Shown one piece after another: positions 12,296 to 22,840 of a stretch of 64,000 nt of DNA. Made by a program: the position numbers and the translations under genes. The DNA comes from Chara braunii. Its lineage: Eukaryota; Plantae; Charophyceae. Each line of letters opens with the position of its first letter. The first letter of the stretch is position 1. The notes under the pieces are model-generated. The model did no database searches. It saw only the letters and a list, made by a program, of their open reading frames with translations, and was not told the DNA's origin. The stretch is taken from positions 9,227,093-9,291,092 of the forward strand of contig BFEA01000002.1 in assembly GCA_003427395.1 (NCBI GenBank). The letters run 5' to 3'.

Positions 12296-13068
12296 AGGCT
12301 GTGATAGAGAAATCAGGATGGACGCAGTCCTGCGTGGTACTTACGGACTTGACGAAGGGGCGACCAGGACTGTGTACCGCGAACTGGACTGGGTGGGACT
12401 GACCACCTGCCTACGGACTGCATCCTTGGACTCACGGAGGGCCTGTTCCGGAGGTTTTGGAAGACTGCGTACTGGACCCTTCGGAACTATGGCAGCTACT
12501 ACTCTTGCCACGACTCAGACCTCTAATCTTCAGACTTACGGTTCAAGCTCGCACCCGCAACTGATATTGTACATGGGTGAGGGCGAGACCTAAGGATGGA
12601 GCAGGGGAACTGCATATGCTACCGTAAAGGTGAAAACCATTTCAATTGTATTGATATCAGGGAAATAGAGGAAGAGAGAATGAGAAAGAGAGAAGAGGGC
12701 TATGATGTACACGCACATTACTAACCCTACCGACAGTGTACGGGGGTCGACATCGTCATATACTCCGGTTCTACTGCTAATGTCAACTGAATGCGTTGTC
12801 AACTCGTAGGATGCTAGTAATCTGCATGATCTTCATCTAGACACTAAGTAGGAAGGAGGACCTGACACACATGTGTTGGTGACCGCGAGAGTATGCACCC
12901 ATTGACGCTCTGATGCGATGATCTGATTCTTCGTTGGTGTGGTAGCGATGCATTACTACTATTCCGGACAGTGTCAGGTTTTCTAGCTTTCAATGTGACG
13001 GCGTAATCTGCGATCTGTCATTTCGCCTTTGCATGCTTGCCTTCTGATACTATGAGTAGTAGTATTGA

Positions 13069-13115
<47 letters not shown>

Positions 13116-13739
13116 TACTATTATTATTATTATTATTATTAATTGATATTCCTTATTAAAGCATCAGGGGGTAAGCGGGGGTCAGGAAGGAGAAGAGTGT
13201 GGGGCGTTGGAGAGGAGGGAGACATTATCACTGTGTGGCGGTGCCTACCTCCTCGATCTTCCTCCATTTTTTTCTCTGTTTGATCATCTCGTGTACCAGT
13301 CTCTTTGAAACTATAACTTGTCTAATGATATATTCCTATAAAGGTCCAGACGTCCCATTGCATGTACGAGATCGATAACAGGGTGATTGTGGGAGCTCTG
13401 TCGGAGTTCAGGTGGAACTCTGGAGGCAGGGAACCATGAGGTACGCATCACCTATCCCTTTCCCATATACCCTTACAGGCTACGCCTTTCTATTGGACTG
13501 CCTGTAAGATTGTATGATATACTGCTTGTACTTTCTTCAGGATTAAGAGAATCAAAAAGAGGAAAGGATACGTGAGTGAAATAAGAATCGTGCCTGTTAA
13601 AAAGAAAGGAACCTAAGTTAAACGAGAAGGAACCTTGACAGCTTGGGTTTGAGGAACAAAGTGGTACGATGGAGGCTCATGTGTGAGCCGTCATGCTACT
13701 TGTGTATGCTCTGACTTGATTAAGGGTTAACAATAAGGT

Positions 13740-14765
13740 ACTCATTAGTGAGTCACCTTGCTCTCTGCCTGTCCGGCTGTCGTCGTGACGGGAAGGGGAT
13801 TCTAATAATAACTTAGGAACTAAACTAAGTACTCTCTCGGCTGCCGTCGTGATGGGACGAGGGTAGAAACAAAATACTTATAAACTAATTTAAGTACTCT
13901 CTACCTGAGCTGTTGTTGTCATGAGGGGACAAGGGTATGAACAATAACTTATGAACTAATCTAAGTACTCTCTACCTGAGCGGCTGTCGTCGTGAGGGGG
14001 CGAGGGTACAAACAACTACTTATGAACTAATCTAAGCGCTCTCTACCGGAACGACTGTCGTCGTGAAGGGACGAGGGTACAAACAAATACTTATGAACTA
14101 ATTCAAGTACTTCTAACCAGATCGGCTGTTGTCGTGATGGGAAAAGGGGTATTAACAATAGTTTATAAACTAAATCGGGTACCCTCCACCGTAACGGCTG
14201 TCGTCGTGACGGGAAGGGGGTATCTGACTATAACTTATGAACTAGATTTGGTACTCTCTACCGGATCGACTGTCGTCGTGATGGAAGGAGGGTACTAACA
14301 ATAACTTATAAACTAAAGTAGGTACTCTCTACCGTAACGACTGTCGTCATGTCGGGAAGGGGTTATCTAACTATAACTTATAAACTAAACATGGGCTCTC
14401 TACCGGATCGACTGTCGTCGTGATGGGACGAGGGTACAAACCCAAACTTACGAACTAATCTAAGTACTCTCTACCGGATCGGCTGTCGTCGTGATGAGAC
14501 GAGGGTACAAGCAAATATTTATGAACTAAAATAGGTACTCTCTACCAGATCGGCTGTCGTCGAGACGGGAGAGGGGTTCTGACACTGGCTATGAGCTAAC
14601 TTAGGAACTCATGTGTGAGTTACCTCACTACCTTACCGGATTGGTTGTCGTAATGGCGGGAAGGGATGTCTAACACTAACTTATGAAGTAAACTAGGTAC
14701 TCATGTGTGAGTTACCTTACCATCTACCGGAGCGACTGTCGTCGTGACGGGAAAAGGGGTCTGAC
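13740..14765 (+). repeat. 71-bp tandem array (~14 diverged units) in A1
   Basis: Unit approx. ACTCTCTACCGGATCGGCTGTCGTCGTGACGGGAAGGGGTAYWAACAATAACTTATGAACTAAWYTARGT; starts near 13761, 13832, 13897, 13968, 14039 and onward. Confidence 0.95.
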
Positions 14766-16620
14766 TCTTAGAAAATAATAAGGAAGGCTCTAGGGAGGGT
14801 CATCCTATTCACATACTTGAGTCTAAGGATGACTAACAATCTGCAAAGAGTAGGAAATCACATTTCTACTCTTCCTTTTCCTAGCTTACTCACCTTCTGA
14901 TCGTCCGTCCACCAAACCGGTAGAGGGGAGGCTTCTTTAGGAGTCACCCTATTACTTGTTTAACGGTTGGACTACTCATTACCCAAGGAAAGTAGTAGAG
15001 GGGCCTTTGTTGGGGTCTGTCTATTACTTACTTGATTCTGTACTAACTCGCTAAGAGGGTACTCTTGTAGGGATACCCTAAACACTCGTCTTCTGTCCGA
15101 ATTAACACGGTCTCAGGACGGTCAGCTTCGGAAAGGCAACAGGAAACCTTTGTTAGGATTATCCTAATGCTCTCATGAAGTGAACCTTCTCACGTGATAG
15201 TAGGGGGCTCTTGTGCGGGTCACCTATTATTCACGCAGACCGTTATTAACCTCTGAGAAAAAACTGACATCAAGATCCTTCAGAACGTTACCTAAAGCAA
15301 ATAGTAGGATGCTTCTGTAGGAGCCTCAACTATTTTTTGTAGGAGGGATGGTCATGTGTGAGCTATCCTGTTACTCTGAGCAGATCTTATGTATACATGG
15401 AGTGAAACAAAAGGGGGATCAAATACTCGTGTGCGACTTACCCACCTGTCTGTTTGACTAACTGATTGCTTGGTATTGATCAAGTAGCAAGAGATTCATG
15501 TCTGGATCAGTCTACTACTTGAGTATGTTAACACAAATAGAAGAGAAAGGAAAGAACAATGTTCATGTTCGAGCAAGGTCTTGACGTATCTGGAAAAGGA
15601 ACAAGGAAAGAAGATAGGACCGCGAGAGAAAGGAACTTAAGAACCACCGCGTAGTTCATGACCGTCCATAGCTTTCAGATGGAAGGCCACGATGATGAAT
15701 GAATTGTATCTCGTCTACATAAGCGTCAAACGGTGCGCTTATTTCCAAGAGAGAAAATGCAAGGACTGAGAGTAGGGTAAACATGAGTTTCCCTAAAAAC
15801 GACTTAGGACGCAGACATGAGACTCCTTGAGGGAAAGGAGAGAGTGATAGACGGCTTAGGGTAGGGTTGTGAGAGTAAAGCTAAGGATAGGCCTGGGGTG
15901 TCGATCCCAGAGCTCACTACCCATGTCTAAGGGCTCGACCCTTAGATATCAGTATGTGGGAAATCGAGTGGGGGTGTTGAATCTTTGTTGACTTGTGTGT
16001 GTGCAGGTCCCTGTTTATCTACTACATTTCAAGGAAGAGGTTCTACAGAAAGGACCCAAATTTTTGTTATCTCTCGATAACAGGCCGGTTGTTACCGATT
16101 CAACTTTTCCCCCTTTGACTTGATACCCACCTCTAAAGTCAAACCCTGTGGTCAGTAAAACTGTCACCTGTGGTCATTGCCTAAATGGTCTTAGTCACTC
16201 TCAAGGGTCCTTTGAAGAAATGTGAGGGGGTAAGGCTTACGTCGCAGGAAAGATAAAGTTGTCATACATGGTTTGGGAAGTGAGGGACAAGGTCAATGGT
16301 TGATGGTTGACTCGGTTAGTGCATGGCATGTGAACTGTCTTTACATTATTCTGTGCAGGTCTAATTTGTGCGTGACTTTGGATTGAACTGGACCTGGTCT
16401 GTTGAAGAGTCTCGGACATACAACACTTGTGAAAGTGGGAAGGGTTCTCGGCGGTAATACTTTCATATTCATCATATGTCCAACTTAACTATTATGATGT
16501 TCAGTTAAGTCCTAACCTGTTAAGAAAGCTAGGACGTTCTTTGGTAGAAAGAAGATTTGTTCGACATTGGTCGAAGGAATAATACAATACAAAGTAGCGG
16601 AAATAGACTGCCTTATTAAA

Positions 16621-16978
16621 AGTTCGACCTAAATATCGAACGGGTCAGTTCTAGGCGTCTTACCGCGCGTACCCCGTTTTATGCTACAACGATCGAGCAA
16701 ACGCCCTCGGCCGACCTACCTCTACAAGGACATGTAAAAGCCTTCGCATGTCGGCCGGTAGCTCAGCAGGGATACGCCTACCTGAGGGTGGTGACAGCCT
16801 CTCGGGTTGAGGTAAGTTGTACCTCGCGACTCCCCGACCTGTCGTGGGGTGTCGTGAGAGGTATAGCACGCGCGCACGGTCGGAGTGGTGACCGGTTCTT
16901 TTTCAAGAAATAAATCCTGCGTGTCACGACCGTGAGGTTCATCGCTCCCAGCGGAGTGCGGGATCGCCACGCGCGACA
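16621..16978 (+). ncRNA. Putative structured RNA module at element right end (copy 3, A1)
   Basis: ACCTGAGGG-TG[GTGA]CAG-CCTCTCGGGT hairpin, TACCTCGCGAC...GTCGTGAGAGGTA stem, GACC[GTGA]GGTTC, then CGACA. Confidence 0.65.
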
Positions 16979-17563
16979 CCGAACAGATAGTAGGATGCTC
17001 CATTGCGAGTTATCTTACTATTTGTCCACATGGGTGTTGGTCGTAAGAGTCACTCGCTTAGAGTCGAACCGGTAGTAAGAGGCTCTATTGAGGGTCGTCC
17101 TATTACTTGTTTGAATATATTCTTATCTGTCATGAATGGTACTATGACACTCCAGTGAGAGTCGCTCTACAACTTGTTCAAGACCAAAACGACTAAGTGT
17201 TGAGGGGTGGTGGGGTGCTCCTGTGTGCGTTACCGAACTCCTTGTTTGAACCTATGGTTTGCCTGATGTTGAAAGAGTGGTGGAATGCCTTAGAGTAGGC
17301 TATCCTACTACTTGTGTGACATAAAGTTACATGTACATTATGTAGTATTGAGAAAGAGGAAAGAGGAATCCAATGCGAGTCATTCTACTAATCGCCTACC
17401 TGTCAAACTAGTAACAGCAGACTCCAATGTGAGTCATCCTATTACTTTTTTAACCCTTGTTGATTAACGTTTAAAGAGGGTAGGAATCGTGGGAATTGAC
17501 AGACAGTAAGGTACTCCAGTGCGAGTTATCCTGCTGCTTGCTTATATATGTGTAACCTATATA

Positions 17564-17603
<40 letters not shown>

Positions 17604-19318
17604 AACTTCATGTAGGGTCATGTTGATAGCTAGGGGGTGTTGAGATCTTGTTGACCTATATGTGATTGAAAGTCATATATTCAAGAAGACTCATTATGAG
17701 TGTATACAAGACTATATCCCGTTGCCTTATGGTAACAGGTGAGTTCGTCAACTCAACCTTCACTCACGCTCGACACACAAGCGGTTAACGGGTAGCTGGA
17801 AATTCAGGAATGAAAATTTTGAAGTGAGAGTTTTGGGCAATCAGAAAATCCCGAATGGTTTTGAAGTGGTGAAACTCCGAAGACCCTGAAAACCACCTGT
17901 TTAGGCAGGCTGCATCCTGAAGTGGTGAAGTGAGAGTTTTTGACAGTCTGAAAATCCTTAATGGTGCTGAAGTGGTGAAAGATCCGGAGACGTTGAAAAC
18001 CACCTGTTTATGCAGGCTGCATTTAGAAGTGGGGAAGGGTGTTCTGAAGTGGTGAAAGGTCCGAAGACCCTGAAAACCATCTGTTTAGGCAGGCTGCATC
18101 ATGAAGTGGTGAAGGGTGTCATGCAGTGGTGATGAAATATACAACTGTTGTTAATCTTTTCTCCCTTGACACCACACTTTGCATTTATCTCTGCACAAAA
18201 AGACATTTGTTAATTTTTGGATCATTGTTGAAAGAGTCTATGTTTGGTAAAAAAAAAAAAAGTCATTGAATGATCAAAACCACATGAGACTGAATGATTA
18301 AGTCGAAAAGGGGATGTCTGGCTGAGAGGATTGAAAATGTGAGTGTAATGTGGGTGAAAATGAATGAATGGTTGACTATGTTAGGATTGTGTAATGCATT
18401 TGGTTTTGTTTGCATGTCAGTAAAATGATCAACCATGCGTTATTCATGCAACTCGCATTGACAAACTTATGTTTACCTAAGCCTTGACGCAGACACTTCA
18501 TCGACACGTAACCTTTGTACATTTGGTTTGGACTTTTCGACTTTACTCTTTCTTGATACTAAACAGATTAGCATAATTGGCAAGACCAGGAACCTTATTC
18601 GTGTCATATTTTTTAAAAGGTCACGAGTCTACCGTTTATTTTTAATGCATGCTTGAAAGGTCATGAGCCTATCTTCATTTCTTATGTATGATTGAAAGGT
18701 CAATAGCTTATTGCTTGTTTCACTTTCAAAAGTCAAAAACTTCATCCATGTTTGTTTTTGTTTATGTAAAAATGTAAAGAAATTTCATTGTTTTTTTGTC
18801 TCAATCTTTGAAATTTACTTATTATGCGTATATCGGTTTAAAATAATTTATATAACACACATAATTTATGTGTTAAGTACAAATAAAATAAAATATTGTA
18901 TGTAAGAAAGTTCGTTAGTCGAGTCGACCTGAATCGTAAGTTGGTCCGAGAGATCAGCACCCCGATGCCCGACACGTACATGGGTCAGTCTTAAGCGTTC
19001 TACCGCACGTATGTCTACGTTATAGCGACCGAGCAAACGCCCTCGACTAACTTACCTCTGCGATTGCAAGTAAAAACCTTCGTATGTGAGTTTAGAGCTC
19101 AGCAGGGATACCCCTACCTAAGGGCGGTGACAACCCCTCAGGTAGAGGTGAGTTGTACCTCGCGGAGCTCTGTCATGTCGCAAGGAGCCGTGAGAGGTAT
19201 AGCTACCACGCACGATCGGAGTGGTATCTTCGCTGACTCAATGCAATACCTTAATCCTGCATGACACGATCGTGAGGTCCTACGCTCACCGTAGGGTGTG
19301 GGATCGCAGTGTCCGACA
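16979..19318 (+). mobile_element. Right part of older family member E (host of A1), ending in RNA module copy 4 (18915-19318)
   Basis: 17070-17230 is similar to 7200-7370. Carries the GTTGCC/GGTAAC hairpin (17721-17736). Ends GTCCGACA|ACGC. Confidence 0.6.
17815..18132. repeat. Short tandem repeat (~107- and ~77-bp units) with TGAAAACCACCTGTTTAGGCAGGCTGCAT and GAAGTGGTGAA
   Basis: Unit cores at 17886, 17993 and 18070. Confidence 0.85.
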
Positions 19319-21970
19319 ACGCACTTGGACTCTTAAATACAGACCATGACTCGAATCTAGATGACACGAGGAGGCGCAAGCTAGTTTCCACGACGATGAG
19401 TTTTGCCCCTCTTTTTCAGACTTGCCTTGCATGAGTGAATCTTCTGCCAAAACATAGAAAGATGCACTGCCATAACTTTTTCCCGTTTGTCCATGTGGTG
19501 TGTAAAAGTGAAAAAAACACTCGTTACAATAATGATCACGAAAAGAGAAGATCAAAACCGAAAAGAATCTTAAAAAAAAAAAAAAAACCACCAAACGTGA
19601 CTGTCCATTAAAACGCACGTCTGTTGTCAAATAGAGGAGGTTCATCTTCCCATATGCACCACTTGGCGCTCAGTTTTAACTTGTAATTTTATTTCTTTTT
19701 ATATTTCATTTTTTCTTTTTTTCGTTTAGCTGTTCGCCACAACCAATGGTTGTCTTTAACCCTACTGCCTTGCCATGTAACAAACTGCAGTTTGATTCCC
19801 GAAGAAATCGAACTAAAAAAAAAAAAAAATTCGATCTATGTGTGTCATTTTTACGAAGGGTCGTGCAATATTCCCTCACCGTGGACAGTTTTGGTGGCGC
19901 GTTTTACAGATTGTGCGTTCGAAATTTTTTGCGTCGCAATCAAACGTAGGGTTGCTCCTTACTAAAAGGGAACTAACACAATATCTGCCCTTCATAGATT
20001 CGATCCTGGTATCTGTTGAATGCGAGTTGCGCGCTGAAAATTATTGGGCTAGCTCATGTTCTACACTGAATAGGAGTCGCTCTTCAATATGAAGAACTTT
20101 ACCACACAACGGGTCGTCAACCCACAGCCTAGCAGGCTCTGCTTGCTTTTGCCACTCAACCGGTTAGCCACCCATCCCTAGATCGAACGTGTACCCAACC
20201 TCACAGAGTAGCATGCTAGCCTTATATTGTTCCGACGTGGATTCAAGCCCGGACGAGGGCAATTCTCATAGCAAAAAAAAAAAGAACAAAACTTTGAACC
20301 CCCACGCTTTTTACGCCTCAGTCGCACACATGATGCGACTGCTCTTTTTTGTCACTTAAACCCTAAATCATGCAGCTTAGCAGCAACGTATCACAACTTT
20401 TAATATTTTTAACGGTTGCATGCCTTTGTGACCTCACCAAACAGGAGGGTCAGTTAGTCGCACCACCGATCCTCGTTGTTGCCCTTGCAGGCCGCAGACG
20501 TCCGCACTTTAGGTGAAACGCCTTAGCCTCTCGGTCGTCGGTCGGATCTCAATAAACTTTGCCAAAGATCTCAATCTCATCAAGTCAAATAATCCAAACT
20601 AATTCCTACTATCAGTCGGACAACGTCGACATTGAAAATCTAGAGCAGGCACCCTTGCGTTCTCAAACCCCATTGAACGACGTCCTCATCATTCACATAT
20701 AAATCAATGGCAAAGACAAAGATTCTTATGAAATTTTAATGTGAAAGAAACAACCACAACATATAACAATTCAAACAATCGTCCGGAACTAAGTCGAAAA
20801 TTTTCACCAACCAAACAAAATATTAACACAACAAGAAACCTGACATCAACATCAAAAACTGAGATTTTTTGCCAGATTCATTTCCTAAAAACGTACACGA
20901 GGATCTTTTTTTGAATGGTCCCAACATCATCCCACTGACAGCCACTCAAAAATATTTTGTCTCTCTGAATGGTACCGGAAGCCCTCCGGCTAGATCCAAA
21001 ACTAAATTTTTTCGGTTGATATTTGTGTATCACCTGAGCAGAACCCAAATGAGTCAGGAATAACCCCTGGCGAGTCTTCTAAACGTATCGACCTTTTGAA
21101 AGTTGTTCATACGAAGTCCAAACAAACCATTCATAGATAAACGATTCATCCAAAGTCTCCGTCTAAGCTTTGATCTCGTTCCAATAACTATCATATCTGA
21201 TGTTTCTAAACCTTTTGTGATATGTGTCAAGGAGTGATGTAATTCACTCAATGAGATAATATATCGTCATCAAGTCTCACTTCAAATTCAAGCCTTACCA
21301 CATTTCCTCCGATTTCAGCGATATGGCTGTATCAATCCTTTGCACATAGAGTAGAACATCCCCACCTCACGTGACCGAGGTTGACTAGACCCCGATCATG
21401 GAGGTAAGGTGACCACGCTCGACACGAGGGTAGGTAGCCACTTCTCCTCTCATGGCAAAAAATAGTCGTCGACCTCTACAGGCAGTGTTTTAACAAGGTC
21501 TTAACACTTTCCTCTTTTTTTGCAATAGTTTAGTTTTCCTTCCTTAAACCACACACGATTTGAAAGACAACATATCGTTATGGACCACCCCTCCGCAGAT
21601 TATTTTCCAGTCCGCCTCCAAGATCCTAAAAAAAAAAAAAAAAAGGAGGTTGGTAGCAAAACCTGCTCCCGCCCCAACCCTCGGGAAAACGACCTGCAGC
21701 GATACCAATACCTCCCATATACGCCAATTGTTGAATTTGAAGGTCGTCCGAAGCTGCAGTTTGTAAGTGCTCTTCTCCCGGACCTGCAACGTGAAGTTAT
21801 TTCCACGAATTCGAAAGTCTGCACCAGTCACACATATAGATGTCTCAACGTTTTTTCACCGTGGTGAGTGGGTTGTGGTGAACACTCACCATGGCATTGG
21901 CCTTCCCTGACTCCAATGGCGGAGTTGTGGTGGGACCACTTACGTTCTCACCAAAAGTGGTAACCTCAAC

Positions 21971-22028
21971 ATACTACAAGACAAGGTTGGGGCTAGTCTC
22001 GAAGTGCCCCGACCTTGTCTTGTAGTAT
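21971..22028. other. Isolated 23-bp near-perfect inverted repeat (hairpin)
   Basis: ATACTACAAGACAAGGTTGGGGC (21971-21993) / GCCCCGACCTTGTCTTGTAGTAT (22006-22028); one G-U pair on the + strand. Confidence 0.85.
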
Positions 22029-22754
22029 TGTGAGTGAAGAAATTTGGTAAATGAGAGAGTCATGTAGGAGATGATACCCTTACAAGAGTATCTGCTCATG
22101 ATTTTGTATTCGACACAACGTCGGCGCCAACAGACAAGCTGAAGACGGCTAAAAACGGAAAATGAGGCAAATCCCTCAACTGCTATGGTCGAGAAAGTTT
22201 TGCCAGCGCAAGCGCCGAAACACGGCGCGCACAGACTAGAGTCGATGGTTAATTTTTTTTCGAATGCTCGCCTGCCTTGTCGTGGCAAACGCCGAGACGG
22301 TAAAGATTAAGGGATTAAAATTTGAATGACCACGCCCGCCACTTTGACCTGCGCAAAGACTGAAAAAGGGTTACTAGTAAATTAAACTTCCGGCCACAAA
22401 GGTCGGAAGGTTAGTGTAGCAGAAAGGGTCACGCGGAAGGCGACAACGATTTTTCCTTAGTTTATCGACGGCTAAGAAGGTATGTTTGGTTCGGCTTAAA
22501 TCAGTAGACGTCGAAAGTATCAAGTAAACGGGGCGACAAAACTACTTGTTGCAGATTAAGACGTAGGGTGAAACTACTAAAGGCCTGGCCATGTGGCCAA
22601 GACAACTGGTAAGGTAGCCAGACTGACGTAGCGGGCTATGACAGTTAGCAGGAGTCTGAGTCTAACCCTAGGAAAGGTTGTAGGCAATACATCAGCCAGA
22701 AAGGGGAGGGTCGTGCTATACTTATACTGGGAGAGCTCTTATTATAATTAAGCT

Positions 22755-22840
22755 AGGAGTTAGCTCAGTAGGTATGGGTCTGAATTGTCATGTTATAGAT
22801 TCAGGGATAAAATCCACCCAATCTTGAGTTATTTCCTTTT
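22755..22840 (+). ncRNA. Putative Pol III small RNA, copy in A2
   Basis: AGGAGT-TAGCTCAGTAGG (canonical A box at +7), degenerate B box GGGATAAAATCC, 3' TGAGTTATTTCC pairing with the 5' end, then TTTT; TTATTATAATTA upstream. Confidence 0.55.

Larger units (their letters stand above)
7461..16978 (+). mobile_element. TGTCG...CGACA-family element, copy A1 (~9.5 kb, no intact ORF)
   Basis: CCGG|TGTCG at 7461 and CGACA|CCGA at 16978. Colinear similarity to 22110-31271 along its length (left end, 10137 vs 24658, 13390-16978 vs 27600-31271). Both flanks (7080-7440 and 16985-17760) belong to a related older element. Confidence 0.8.

Noticed and set aside
13740-14765. CRISPR array or C/D snoRNA cluster reading of the 71-bp arrays
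   Set aside because: The whole unit is repeated, with no unique spacers and no cas genes. GTGAYGG is not a consistent C box and CTGA is missing from many units.
22755-22840. tRNA gene
   Set aside because: An A box is present but no cloverleaf forms; the A-box region pairs with the 3' end instead.
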